Below, piece after piece: positions 1-13,857 of a stretch of DNA of 64,000 nt. The stretch lies in contig NC_068983.1 of NCBI RefSeq assembly GCF_001194135.2, positions 4,011,449-4,075,448 on the forward strand, in the 5' to 3' direction. The DNA is from Octopus bimaculoides (taxonomy: Eukaryota). The notes below the pieces were generated by a model. The model worked only from the letters and a program-made list of their open reading frames with translations, made no database searches and had not been told where the DNA came from. Position 1 is the stretch's first letter. Each line of letters begins with the position of its first letter. The translations under genes were made by a program, and so were the position numbers.

Positions 1-233
1 CTAACAGACTCCGATCTATGGAATATCATCATCAGACCAGTTCAAATTACTACCAACTTACCATTTTAGTTAAACGAACTGACACAAAGAATTATTTATT
101 GTTGAAACTCGATCCTAAAACCTGCTTATCAAGTGCTTCCCTGATGCAATAAGTTCTTTGACAAGATCAGAACAATAGTCATAACATTTCTACGATATCA
201 ACCGACTTCTGCAGTAGCCCCAGGGGAAAGAGA

Positions 234-240
234 GAGAGAA

Positions 241-313
<73 letters not shown>

Positions 314-326
314 GAGAGATAGAGAG
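234..326. repeat. (AG)/(TG) compound microsatellite
   Basis: Seen directly. Confidence 0.95.
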
Positions 327-1324
327 TCTGGCATGAGAAACAACGAATCACTCTTCTATGATATGATGCTACCGCTGCCTGCGGCAGTGACTCGTACGCA
401 TTTATTGTCTCTATTTAATAAAGGTACATAAAATGAAAGCAAGTTGAGTTGGTTTTTGCCAGTGAAGCAGCGTCCTTCATTCTGTACCGACTATCGACAA
501 CTCATACAGGAGCGAGCGGCTTTTCCGTTGCTAAACCCAGATTTGTTCTGATTCAGCAGATCTTATAATCAAAGGTGTTCAATAGAAGAGCAGCAGATAT
601 TCCAAATCATGTCGTTTATGAAAAACCAAAACGAAGCAAAACGAAAAAAAACCCCCAAAAAACAGCAGAAAACAACAAACAACAAAGGCGAAAAACAAAA
701 GAAAAAAACGCGAAAACACGATAGCATTTGATTTGGCGGCTGCTTTTTAGTAAGTGAAGCCCTCTAGATGGCTCAAAGGAATTTTTCCCTCATTCTCCGT
801 CCATTGGGACGGCATGCGTTGGCCTGTTCAGTAGGATCCAATGGATTGGCCGGCCACACCTTGTTCTAATCTCTCAGTATGGCTTCTACGGTTGGATGCT
901 CTTCCTAATACTAATTTACAAACAGGACACAGAGCATTGTTTTGTGGCACCAATACTACAGAATTTGCCTTGCATCGGGCAAGACTAAAGAGTCTTTTCG
1001 CGTGCGACTCAAATCTATATCTACTCCTAACAGCTTCATCATAAAATTTTGTTTATAAGTGTAACAAAACGCTGACGTTTTCATATCAAGATTGCATGTT
1101 TATTTACTTTGAAATCATCATTTCAAAGTAAATATGCGTGACACCGGTATCTGCCATGACTGCGATTTTGCTCAGCTTGATGGGTCTTCTTCTCAAGCAC
1201 AACATAATGCCAAAGGTCTCGGTTATTGGCTCCATGAGGCCCAACACTTGGGAGGAACTCAGCCACTTTGCCTCCGTCAGGCCCAACGCTATTCTTTTAT
1301 TCTTGACTTGTTCCAATCTCTAGA

Positions 1325-1640
1325 CTGAGGCCATGTCGAGGCACCGCCCTGAAGAAATCCTAGTCAGATAAATCGAACCTAGCACTTTCTTTTAAGGTCT
1401 AGTATCTATCCTATCGATCTCTTCAGCTGAACTGTCAAATCACGGGGACGCAAACAAACCAACACCGGTCGTCAAGCAGTGGTAGGGGGACAAACACACA
1501 CATGATAGGCCTCTTTCCGTTTCTGTCAATCAAATCCACTGACAAGGCTTCGATCAGCCCGGAGCTATAGTGGAAGACACTTGCCCAAGGCGCCTCGCAG
1601 TGGTTGGGAAGCGAACACCTTACCACTCAGCCACGCGTCT
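1325..1640 (-). mobile_element. SINE family A, diverged
   Basis: Reverse-complement similarity to 53443-53844. Confidence 0.75.
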
Positions 1641-1901
1641 CTATAACATTGTATTTTTGGCAAGAAACCGGAGCAACGATAACGACAGTGAAATCCCAGG
1701 CAATTCGATCTTCACAAAAAAATCACTTCACTCTACTTTCAGTTTAGAGTCACGCCGTCAGTAAATGCTCAGCCGTGACCCTTAGAAGTGCTTTGTGCAA
1801 TCAACATTATGTCCAAACATATTCAGCGTAGCATTATTATCAGCTTGAAGCTGTACTCCAGAGTATTCATGAAAAAGAACTCAAAGGATAGTAATATACT
1901 G

Positions 1902-2200
1902 GTACTCCGTCAGTAACAACGATGATTTCTCCAGTTGATCCGATCAATGGAACGGCTTGCTCGTGAAATTAATGCGTAAGCGACAGGCAAGAGCGCCCTT
2001 AACGTGGTTCTCGGGGAGGTCCAGCTTGATACAGAATGGGACAAGGCTGGTCCTTTGGATTACAGGTACAATTCACTTTTGCTGGCTGAGTAGACAGGAG
2101 CAACGTGAAATAAAGTGTCTTGCTCAAAGACACAACGCGCTGCCGAGAATCGAACTCACGCCCTTGAGTCGAACACCCCAACCACTAATCCACGCGCCTT
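1902..2200 (-). mobile_element. SINE family C
   Basis: Match to 20350-20672. Confidence 0.8.
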
Positions 2201-2420
2201 CTGGAAAGTACCATATAGTGGATGAGAAGATAAAATGAAGGAATGCAACGGTGTTTATCCATTTCTAGCTTTAAAAATAAAACAGATTTAATTAATCATG
2301 TTAATTAGTGTTTGAGAACACAACGTCTCCTCGTGGGTCAGCAGGAATATATCATCTCCGAACTAACAAGAGAAGAGTAAATATTCCAAGGCATTCTTTT
2401 ACCATTCTTCTTAAGCTTAA

Positions 2421-2637
2421 CCCTTTAATATTTAAACCGGTCGTATCCGGCGCAAATATTCAACCTGTTTCATGTCCAAACTGGCCCCAAACCTCTCAGA
2501 CTTTCCCTGCAATGTCATTCTAAAAAACACCAATCATAACTTTGAAATAGCAAAGCAACAAGATAATACAGGATTAACTTTAAAAAATGTGAATAAACAG
2601 GTATTACATTTGACAAACTAATCTGGGTGCTAAGAGG
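2421..2637. mobile_element. piggyBac-like MITE
   Basis: TTAA at 2417-2420 and 2638-2641 flank imperfect termini CCCTTTAATA...TGCTAAGAGG. Confidence 0.55.
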
Positions 2638-2775
2638 TTAATCCCCGTGATTCCAACTGAATAAAATGAATAAGTGGTTTTCCACGACTGACTAACCTTA
2701 AAGTTCACCTAAAACCGAGTCGGTTTTATGAACTCGCTGAAACTATTCTGTTTAAAGTATCTGAAAGACTCAACA

Positions 2776-2824
2776 TTCGTATATTTTACTCCAGTGTCAC
2801 TTTGATGGCATGTACTAATCTCTC
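2776..2824 (+). mobile_element. 3'-terminal remnant of the R4/Dong-like element
   Basis: TTCGTATATT...CCAGTGTCACTTTGATGGCATG...CTCTC matches the end of 27251-27482; followed by (CAA)n(TAA)n. Confidence 0.6.
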
Positions 2825-2847
2825 AAACAACAACAACAACAACAACG

Positions 2848-2912
<65 letters not shown>

Positions 2913-2984
2913 CCTTTTTATTATAGGAAAAATGTCTGAAAAACTGGGTGGATGGAAACTAGTCGACTACATCAACCCCTTAAA

Positions 2985-3193
2985 AGGCGAAAGGCAAAGT
3001 CAACGTCGGCAGAATTTGAACTCAGAACATAAAGATGGATGAAATACTGCTAAGCATTTCAAATTATGCCGAGGTCGACTTTGCCTTTCATCTTTTCGGG
3101 GTCGATAAGTTCAGTACCAGTAAAACACTGGGTCGATGTAATCGATTAGTTCCCTCCCCGCAAATTTCAGACCTTGTGCCATTAGAAGAAAGG

Positions 3194-3245
<52 letters not shown>

Positions 3246-3475
3246 ATGATGATGATTGTGATGGTTTCAAATTTTGAATACAAGGCCAACAATTTTAGAG
3301 GAGGGGCTAAGTCGACAGCATCCACTCCCTGTACTTAACTGGTATTTATTTTATCGATCCCGAAAGGATGAAAGGCAAAGTCGACTTCGGTGGAATTTGA
3401 ACTCAGAATGAAAGAGCCCCGAAGAGATACCCATAAGCATTTTTGTCCGGCACGATAAATTTTCCGTCAGCCATT
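2985..3475. mobile_element. Three SINE family B pieces in alternating orientation
   Basis: 2985-3060 (-), 3061-3195 (+), an (ATT)n spacer, 3271-3475 (-). Confidence 0.8.
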
Positions 3476-4062
3476 CTCTGAAATTCTCTGAAATTCTAGT
3501 GTAAGGATGGAAAGCTCCAAACGAAATTACTCTATTCCGCCAAAGAAGGAAATAAACCGGAACGTGACGAGTACCCTGTGACTTAATGGTAGTTACGTCC
3601 GCAATAACATCGTGTATCTTCACCCTCCACCTGTTCCGACCGACCCCATCCATGAACAGTTGGTACTTAGCTGAAGCTTAACGAAACTGGATACTGAGAA
3701 CATTCTATGAAACCTACCCTACTTTGAAGCTAATTCTTTAGCTGCGGTAACTAATCTGGGTAGGTTACACTTGACTCCTCGGCAGCGGCAGCACCACCAG
3801 CCTCTGTTTTATCGACCAGCTGAAATAATATAAGAATGTTAAATAAAACAGAATCGAAAGTCGAACCACTTACAAGACCTTCAGTAACAGATTTCTGTTG
3901 CTAGTCTATATATAGGTAGAGTGAATGAGACAAACGGGCGCTGCTGTTTGGACGCTGATGGTTTAACACGGCTGAATGGACACTCAGCCTGTTTTGGCAA
4001 CAATGTTTTTTAGCGCTAGAGAAAAACAAACAAACAAAAACACAAACACGCAGACATATATA

Positions 4063-4118
<56 letters not shown>

Positions 4119-4179
4119 GGGAGAGACAATTTATTATGATCACAATTATCATAAACGATTTCCTTCTCCTCACACACAT

Positions 4180-4220
<41 letters not shown>

Positions 4221-7200
4221 GAGGAGGAGGTAGAGAAACATTAAAACGTCTGATGTCAAATAAATCAGCGTTAAATGAGCGGCGCCAAAACGTCTCAGAG
4301 CTATAGAGGCATAGCCGAATGGTAAAGAAATTCGCTCTGTAATCGTAAGGTCACGATTTCGAATCCAGTGAGTGGTATTCTCGGGCACGTGTCATTTACT
4401 AAAAGCCTCGGCTCGACTCAAACCCAGAGGAGTGATTGAAACTGTTCGGCAGCCTTCTGAATAGATACTACTTGTAATTCAAAACGTTTCAGTGTTGTCA
4501 CACACACTGAGTCATGCAGATTCTGGCAGAGTATTACGTTAAGAGCACGTGTATCTATGGAGTACTGAGCCATTTATATGCTAATTCAGTCGTTAGGTCA
4601 GTTCAGAAGATCGAACAAATTGAATCCCTTGTCGTCGAAACCGCGAAGGAAAGACCGAGAGGTCACGCTTTAAGAGTCTTTCACATATTCTACCTACAAG
4701 GTTCAAAATTATGGTCGATGGATGGCTGGAATTTCATCAATCTAAATTCATATAATTTCCAACTGTCAGCCGGCCTCGATTTGGAACTTTGTAGCCGTAA
4801 TGAAAAAAAAAAAAATGTTTGATTGAAACAGAAGCTTTATCTTTGTGGATAAATTATTTATCAAAACTCTGTTTCTGTTGTTGTTGTTATGATGTAGTTT
4901 CTCGAATTAGCTCTGATCGAGCAGATATCTGTGCTTCTCAATGTTATCAGTGGAGCTACTTTAGTTAAAATACTTCACTTTTATTTCTTTCAAGGCAACG
5001 GAAAGACTCAACGGCAAAGAATATGTGGTTATTACATTCTTGATTTTCTTGTTAATGTTGAAGTGAACACTGCAAATATTCTGAGCTATTGTGTGTATTT
5101 TATACACGTCGTGTGCTCTAGTGGCCACTTTATTGTAAGAGAGGTAATCATATTGCTAGATAAATTTTGGCGCGACTAGAAGCTCGAATTTTTAAATCGA
5201 AGACAAAGGAAGAAGAGGTATGCAAGATACATATTTAAAATTCTTACTCATTACAAAGATCTTTACATTTCTAGCCATAGGTAATCATGCATAGCGCAAT
5301 CTCATTCTTATTAGAAACTGTCAGCATGGCATAACTCGAAGGAAATAAATTAAATGAAATATTTTACAACGTGAGGTTTTCTATTAATGCTACAAGGTTA
5401 GAGAGATTATGTGCAACCACCCATCAATGACCAATACGAATAGGAGGTGTTACAATATGTATGATGCATCTTTGGCAAACACTGACCAGCATCTTCGAAC
5501 CAGCTACTGCTCTCTCCTTCAAACGTGACATCCTGATTTTCATGTTTAGCTATATCTGGTGAATAACTGCGACACATTTAGCCAGTTATGCCTCTCCTCG
5601 CACGACGTTCTACAACGATGACATGTTTCTAATATCAAATATGTAGTCCCTATTTTAAAACGGTAGAGAATTCAAAAGATTTGGTTACTATGCTACAGGG
5701 TACAAGAGAAAGTAACGTCCCATGATTAATACGACCATTGGTGTGGCAATAGTGAAGTTAGGTGGCGATAATGTCTTCATGTCGCTAATATCTTACAATT
5801 TGTTTTTCAGTTTCAATCATGCTTCGAAGAAGCACTCACCGGGCATTTGTGTCAACATGTAAAATGTAAGAGGGTTTTTGCCGCATCCTACACAAACTTC
5901 CAATATGGAGTCTCACTATTAAAGCATTTACCGTTTATTTAGGGAATTCTTTACAGGATTTGCTAATCTAAAATGTCACTTTAGTATTCTGTGTAAATTT
6001 GTTTGATTGATAATACAAGGTGCAACAGAGAAGCCTCTCGTATTTTATTCGGTTATTGGTTTGGCACTCGTAAAGTTAGGCAGATATGATGTCTGCATGT
6101 AGCAAATGCGTTGCCGTTTTCTTCTCGGTTACCATCGTCACTTGGACAAAACAAACTGTGTATTTACTAATGAAAAATTTATCAAGAATGATGAATATCT
6201 GAGCTATTTTGCCTCACCCTTTACATTGAACAGATGGCGTAAGTAAATATAAGTTTCTTAGTTGATCGGAAAAAGGGGGGAAAATACACGCAATTTGGGT
6301 ATGTTACAGTTCCAAACTAAATCGGATTAGGTGCTGGTTTTCATTTCTCCGGAACCAGGAATGCCAGGAAGGCATAAAGGTTCGATTCGGAATCATTAGG
6401 GTCGTTCCCATTTGAATCAAATAGCGCGGCCTTTTGGATAGCTATATTCTAGCACAGTCCCGAGATGACTCCAAATACGTGTGAAATTAAGTGGATTTGA
6501 AACTGTGTGAAAGCGCGTTCGTTCAACAGTACTTGTCTCATAAAACGTGTACCGAGCCTGAACCTCTTACTGGCCTCCAAGTACTGTTCAACACCATTAA
6601 CTTAAGCATCTTTAGCTGAATCCGATTCTGTGTGATAAGCGGAGTCTTATCACACAGAACTGAAAAAGGGAAAGGAAAATAATCTGCTTTAATCCCTCGT
6701 ATAACCTAAAGTCATGAAGAATATTGGAAAGAGTTTCCAAATAATAATTACACACAGCGACACTTCATACCAACAAACAAATACCACAAGTACTTTAACT
6801 CACATAATATCAAGGTCAGTAATTCTTGCCTAGGCAGCATAACTTCCCAAAACACTACATGTGAGGTTAAGTCAGTAGCTGTGGAATCTCCATTCTGTTT
6901 CTCTCACTGACCTTCTGAGGCCTTGGAAAAGGTCATGGACATGATTCCCCCGTAAGGAATTTATACCAGTAAGACTTCCGGGCACTTAAACTGATATCTC
7001 CGCTCTAACATCGACCTCAAAATGCAAACGAAATAAATTACCAAGAAAGTTTATTCCCCAACGACTTTTACAAAACTCAAGACAATGTTAAGGTGGTGGA
7101 CAAAATTCTTAAAGGGCTGACATCTCTATAAAATAAAAATATAATAAAAAGTTCACAAAGGAAGAAGAACAACAACAATAAACAGCTACAACAACAATAA

Positions 7201-7381
7201 CACGTGGTTGTCAGTGACATAGTGTCAGTATAAGGCCATTGAATAGCTGTCAGTATGGAACTGTGTATTTGTATGTGACACAAAGCGGAATCCACACACA
7301 CACACATATATATAGGTATACATATATAGATATGTATATCGTATCGCATAGAATTGTGTATATGCATGCATATATTATGTA

Positions 7382-7384
<3 letters not shown>

Positions 7385-7432
<48 letters not shown>

Positions 7433-7442
7433 TTATGTATGC

Positions 7443-7504
<62 letters not shown>

Positions 7505-7618
7505 ACATGTATTACTACGTACACAGAGATACATGCAGAATACAAGAGAACTGGAACATATTACAGTCGCTTTGTAAGCTAACAGCACCAACACCAAGAA
7601 GAAGAAGAAGAAGAAGAA

Positions 7619-7665
<47 letters not shown>

Positions 7666-7700
7666 AGAAGAAGAAGAAGAAGAAAAAGAAGAAGACGAAG
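7385..7700. repeat. (AT)n, (GT)n and (GAA)n microsatellites
   Basis: Seen directly. Confidence 0.9.
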
Positions 7701-7926
7701 ACGAATCAACCACAACAACAGCCATAAGAACACTTTGGCCCACTTCATATTACCTCGTTGGCTATATTTATGGAATAACAAACACCAATGTGCGTGGAGG
7801 GGAGTGAGGGCAGTGGCGGGAGGGGCAAATGGCAGAGGATGGTGGCGGCAGCGGTGGTTTTGGCGAGGGACGAATGTTTAGAGACCACAGCTTTTTGAAA
7901 GAACTGCTTTGAACGGGAGAGGAAGA

Positions 7927-7965
<39 letters not shown>

Positions 7966-8409
7966 ATTGGAACGGTGGTGGCGACGGTGGTAGTAGTGGA
8001 AGTAGTAGTAGTAGCGGCTGGGTGTCGGTGGGGGTGTACTTGTGACGCCATAAGTGACAGCTTAGGGTGTGTGTTCGGGTGGGAAGCCCTGCTGGGAACA
8101 AAATTAGCAACTATTGGACAACAATGGAATGTAAAAACCACAACAACCCACAGCCACCACCACCACCACCACTACCACCACCACTGTCACCACAGCTAGC
8201 ATGCTAGCAAGAGGTATTATTAGGGGTGTTTGCAATACAGCGAGTCACACCCTCGCATAAGTGCGCCGAGAAGCTCGGACATATGCACTTTGAATAACAA
8301 CGCATTCTCCTATTTCTTTCCAACGATATCAGGACAGAGAAACCAGAGAAGACACAGCTCGATCTTGATAAGATTAGAAGTTCTTGTACAGTAGTAGCAA
8401 GGGCGCAGA

Positions 8410-8439
8410 AATCTATCTATCTATCCTTCTGTCCGTCCG

Positions 8440-8489
<50 letters not shown>

Positions 8490-8720
8490 CTTCTGTCCGT
8501 CCGTCCGTCTATCTATCTACCCATCTACTTGTCTGTCTATGTATGTATGTATCTATTTATCCATCCATCCTTCCGTCCGTCTGTCTGTCTATCTATCTAT
8601 CTATCTATCCTGTAAGTCTGCCTCTATCTCCCCTTCTCTCTAACTATCTATCCTGTCTATCTGTCTGTCTGCCTCTATCTATCTATTTACCTATCTGTCT
8701 GTCTGTCTGTCTATATTTAT
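8410..8720. repeat. Degenerate (ATCT)/(GTCT)/(GTCC) tetranucleotide array
   Basis: Seen directly. Confidence 0.9.
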
Positions 8721-8859
8721 AAATCTTTCGCTTTCACTCTCGATATACATAATATAGTAATAGACGCACACAGTTTCCTGGAAATGAATGACATTGCTTC
8801 TATGTCAGTAACACTCATTTACAGCCATCATGTGATGTCGAAGCAAGGAGACACAACCA

Positions 8860-9026
8860 CAGACACATAACAGATTCCTTTCAGTGTCCGTCCACCAAAT
8901 CCAGCCTCAAGGCCTTGGTGAACCCAGGACTATAGTAGACAACACCCATGGTGTCACGCAGAGGGCTGAACCCGGAACCACGTGGTTGGGAAACAAACGT
9001 TCCAGCGTCACAGTCATGTCTGCGCA
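8860..9026 (-). mobile_element. SINE family A, 5' half
   Basis: CTGAACCCGGAACCACGTGGTTGGG head motif. Confidence 0.7.
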
Positions 9027-9142
9027 TCGTGACAGCAATGTTATTCACACAGGGGGGTGGGGGGTGGGGAGGATGTCACCACGTTGAATTATGGGATACC
9101 ATGGCAACTAACACCTCCAAATGTTAAACAACCAAAAATATT

Positions 9143-9354
9143 CATTTCTAGTCTAGGCACAAAGCCCGAAATTTTGGGGGAAGAGGCCAGTCGATTAGAT
9201 CGACCCCAGTACGCAACTGGTACTTAATTTATCGACCCCGAAAGGATGAAAGGCAAAGTCGACCTCGGCAGAATTTGAACTCAGAATGTAAAGACAGACG
9301 AAACACCGCTAAGCATTTCGCCCGGCCTGCTAACGTTTCTGCCAGCTCGCCGCC
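9143..9354 (-). mobile_element. SINE family B, full length, with perfect 19-bp TSD
   Basis: TTAAACAACCAAAAATATT at 9124-9142 and 9355-9373; body GGCGGCGAGCTGGCAG...GAGGTCGACTTTGCCTTTCATCCTTTCGGGGTCG. Confidence 0.9.
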
Positions 9355-9399
9355 TTAAACAACCAAAAATATTGAAAATAAATTGGAGCTGTTTCGAAA

Positions 9400-9776
9400 T
9401 AAATGTTCACGAAGAATGTTGAAGATCTACTGACCGAAAATGATCTCGAACAGCCAACCACACACCAAGGCTGACGTGAAACCAATAAGAGAAACTATTG
9501 AAGCAAGGAGATGGAAATGGCTGGGTCGAGTTTGTTGCTAAAAACCGAACTCAGTTGTCAGGATCGCTTTGCAATGGGATCCATGAAGTAAAAGAAGACG
9601 TGGCCAACCAGAGGAAACATGGCGCAGAACCATAACAAAAGATCTTAAAAGGAGAGAGGGTTAACAATAGAACAAGCTGTCAAGGATGCTTTCGGTGTTG
9701 GAAGGTGGGATGATCTTGCTGTTACCTCAGGTGCCACAAAGCACAATGGGAACCGAAGGAATGAATGAATGAATGT
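9400..9776 (+). mobile_element. RTE-clade LINE 3' end, decayed
   Basis: Translates to IEARRWKWLGRV...VRIALQWDP*SKRRRGQPEETWRRTITKDLK, typical of the RTE ORF C-terminus; ends in a (GAAT)n tail. Confidence 0.8.
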
Positions 9777-10199
9777 CGACGAACAGTTTTTAGTTGTGTC
9801 GCTCATGACTAAAAAGATAAATGCAGCTATATTATCATTATAGAAGTGATTGAATTTAAGTGTTGTTGGAGCAGGCTACGTTCTCCTGTCTCTGTCGCAG
9901 AATGGTCTTGACGGTTCCAGTTGGTGGGGAGTGTGCGTGCAGTTTACGGTTAGCACGAGGTGTTTAGGGTTAGGGATGTACGTCCGAGTACGGAAAATTA
10001 AAAGAGAATGGTGTAGGGTAGCATCATGGTATCGTCTCGAGAGTAAGCTGGAAATAGCAGCCAGCAGACTTTTGTACGTTGCGAAGGAAGAAGACAAGGA
10101 GAAAGATAATCGAACCTTGGGGGAGGATACACCCGAATAGACAGGACACGTATCAGTGATTTTTCAAGATATTTTGCAATGGCATGAAAAGTAGGAACC

Positions 10200-10860
10200 A
10201 AATTCTGATCCAAGAGATGAGAGACAGATGTAGGCGATAAGCTAACAAATTAGCTGAGAGAGTCTCATGTCAGACACGGTTGAAGGTTTTTACTGTTGGC
10301 TTCACTAAAGATCTAAAGAGCAAGAACCTAGCGATGTTTGTCCAGCTGTGCTTGAAGTAGATCTTTTATCGAAGCAAATTCCTTCCACCCTGCCTTTACC
10401 CCGAGCAAGATTTCAGCGTCCATGTCTTGGCATATATTTACTTTCTGCTCTCAAGTACTCCAACATTTTTTTGCCTCCTCAATTTCATCACTTCCCACCA
10501 CTATTCGGCTTTGTATTACGTTTTCAAATCGGATGTTTGTTTTTTTCGCGTGGTATATTTTGAGGCCTACTGCCAAACTCTGGGCACCAATATCAGCATT
10601 GTCTGCAGCTGACTCGCGATGAGCATGATGTTGTCTGCAAATCAGAAGTGTATAAATACCAACCATACCGTTGGCGACTTGTTTCCAATCGGTGTCTCTT
10701 ACGACCAGAGATAGTATCTCCTTGTTTGACATCCTCCCCGATTGGAAATCTTACGGCTGGAGATAGTAGAGCTATATCTGTGGCCATTCCGAGGTCACCT
10801 TGCAAAGAAGTTTGATATATCGTGCCTCAGCTCCTGGTATTTCCAGAGACCGTAGCACCA
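10200..10860 (-). mobile_element. RTE-clade LINE reverse-transcriptase fragment, decayed
   Basis: Across frameshifts: VKQGDTIS (QGD motif), FADNIMLIA (YADD-like), SLAVGLKIYHAKKT, IEE. Confidence 0.8.
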
Positions 10861-10939
10861 CATTCATTACACACTCCCTTATTAATTTAATTTGGTAACC
10901 GATTTAGGTAATTGAATCAAAACCAAACAGTGGTGACTT

Positions 10940-11160
10940 CTAGCTGATCCGATGAACGGAACAGCCTGCCCGGGAAATTAACATGCAAGTGGCTGGGTAC
11001 TCCACAGACACACGTACCCTTAACGTAGTTCTCAGGGAGATTCAGGGTTACTCAAAATGTGTCCTTTGAACTACAGGCACATCTCATTTTTGCCAGCCGA
11101 GTGGATTGGAGTAATGTGAAATAAAGTGTCTTGCTCAAGGACCCAAGGCGCCACTAGGAA
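10940..11160 (-). mobile_element. SINE family C, partial
   Basis: Body match. Confidence 0.8.
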
Positions 11161-11674
11161 TGGATTACGCTTTCATCAAATTTCTTGGTGTTTGTATAAC
11201 ATCATGAAATTGATACTAATTTTGATACTTAATACTAATTAATACTAATATTATCTTAAAATATTGGTTTTAAATGTTGGCAAAAGGCCATCGATTTCCG
11301 GTGACGAGTAAATCGATTACCTAGACCCAGTATTGAACTGGTACTTATATTAATTAAACAGGGTTTTCATTTGCATAATCCTTCTTGTAATTACCCTGTC
11401 GCTTACTTCATCTTCCTCCCTTGTTTCTATGATTTTTTCGCTCTCACTGTGTTCGTGTGTAGGATTCATTTACTCATTGCCTGCCACCAAACCTTATATG
11501 TACACTCATCCTGCACTCCTATCTCTTTTATTACTTTCCACTCTCTTCATACAATGTAAAATGTGACTGGAGCAACCGACCAACCGACCAGCCAACCAAC
11601 GTCACGGCTATTATCATCATTATTATTATTATTATACACCGACTATAAATGATATCATATCTTTTGTCTTTCAC

Positions 11675-12013
11675 TTTTTTCAGTCATTAGACACTGACCA
11701 CGCTGGAGCACTTTTCTGAAGAATTTAAGTCGAACGAATCGCCTCCAGTACGTTCGCCGAACCACCAAGTTACAGGGACGTAAACGCACCAATGTCGGTT
11801 GTCATGTTAAGGACAAGCACAGAGACAAAGACACACACACACACACACATGACAGGCGTCTTTCAATTTCCGTCTACCAAATCCACTCACATGGCTTTGG
11901 TTGGTTCGAGGCTATAGTAGAAGACACTTTGCCCAAAGCGTCACGCAGTAAGACTGAACCCGGAACCATGTGGTTGGGAAACAAACTTCTTACCACAGAA
12001 CCACGCCTGCGCC
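11675..12013 (-). mobile_element. SINE family A
   Basis: Near full-length reverse-complement match. Confidence 0.85.
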
Positions 12014-12227
12014 TATATTATATATCCATCTGTGTCTGCCTGTATGCCTGTCTGTCTTCACCGGTCTGTATGTTCATATACTTGAATATGTGCGAGTATG
12101 TCTTAATAAATACATCGAATACACGCACAGCTATAACAGTGAAAAACATGCATATATATACTTTATTGTAAATGGCTTTCCTCTCAGCTCCATTATCTCG
12201 TTCATATAAATGCATACCCACATTCTA

Positions 12228-12287
<60 letters not shown>

Positions 12288-12296
12288 CACATATAT

Positions 12297-12353
<57 letters not shown>

Positions 12354-13040
12354 CATACAGATATATACATACACACACATATATATATATATATATACAT
12401 ATATATGTATAAACATATGTGTATGGGTGTAAACATACAGACGTATAGTCATGAACAAACATACTCTCTCTCACTCTCTCTCTCTATATATATATGTATG
12501 TATATACATACACATATTCATGTCATGCATGCGTGTGTATGTGTGTGTGTGTTTACGCATGTAAGCCATTACTGACGTTGATGTTAGTTTCCAGTGCTCC
12601 CAGATGGCAGCACGTGGTGAGTCGGTTGAGATTAGTGTTATGTGAAACCGTCACATAAAGCTGTAAGTTGGGGATGTTGGGGGGAGTGGAAGATAAATAA
12701 ACAGACAGAGCAGAAAGACATTGTGTGCACTGTTAACAGGCAGGGCAATGCACTGGAAATGATCGAGAGACACTTCCATATTGCCGCTGTATCGACTTAA
12801 CCTAAAATAGAGGACGCAGCACCAGCTAGAAATAGAGGATCTTTTTAAAAAAATGAAGGAAGCACATGTGGGATAATATGGTGCTAGGTTCACTAGAACT
12901 GAAATACAAACGGGTTAGCCATGAAAGGAAAGCCTATGATCCACGAAAAGATTGCCCACTCAAAGAGTTGATTTGAGAGCGAAACAACGTCGACAGCGAA
13001 CGCCAGATAATTCTGAAGAATATGATGATGGCGATGTATG

Positions 13041-13091
<51 letters not shown>

Positions 13092-13591
13092 CAAAGACAA
13101 AATAAATGTATATACACACACACACACACACACACACATTTACATGCATTCACATGTACAAATAGAAATATTTCTTATACTCTTGTATACACACAGCATG
13201 CGTGTGTACGGTGTGCGTACGTGTATACCCCCACCCACCCTCATTCACTTACACACACACACACATACAAAATAGTTATGTATCTAAACTTGTACAAATA
13301 AGTATGATCGCACTTGTGAATAGGCCTTGCCATTTCTATGAGAACCTAACCCGGGTACACAGATATTATATTCTATACACCCGAGAGGAGCATTTGGTAC
13401 GGTACACAGCTGAAATTCAATTCAATCAGAGTGCAACTACACCCACCCGCACAGTCACCCATCCCCTCCACCCTCTTACAAATACCAATATTTCTCCATT
13501 CTCGATGTCTTTTTGTATGTACGTATGTGTTTATGTATGCATATGTATACGTATGTGTATATATACATACATACATACATATATACATGTG

Positions 13592-13641
<50 letters not shown>

Positions 13642-13806
13642 NNNNNNNNNNNNNNNNNNNNNNNNNNNNNNNNNNNNNNNNNNNNNNNNNNNNNNNNNNN
13701 NNNNNNNNNNNNNNNNNNNNNNNNNNNNNNNNNNNNNNNNNNNNNNNNNNNNNNNNNNNNNNNNNNNNNNNNNNNNNNNNNNNNNNNNNNNNNNNNNNNN
13801 NNNNNN

Positions 13807-13857
<51 letters not shown>

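Noticed and set aside
4290-4340. LPFGYAS, like the start of the heme-binding motif
   Set aside because: It is the reverse complement of a SINE tRNA-like head; there is no GxRxCxG.
12733-12801. TTTTAG|VKSIQRQYGSVSR..., resembling the start of P450 exon 2 (xxKYGxIFR)
   Set aside because: In-frame TAA after 22 codons, no convincing donor, and none of the downstream exon-2 motifs.
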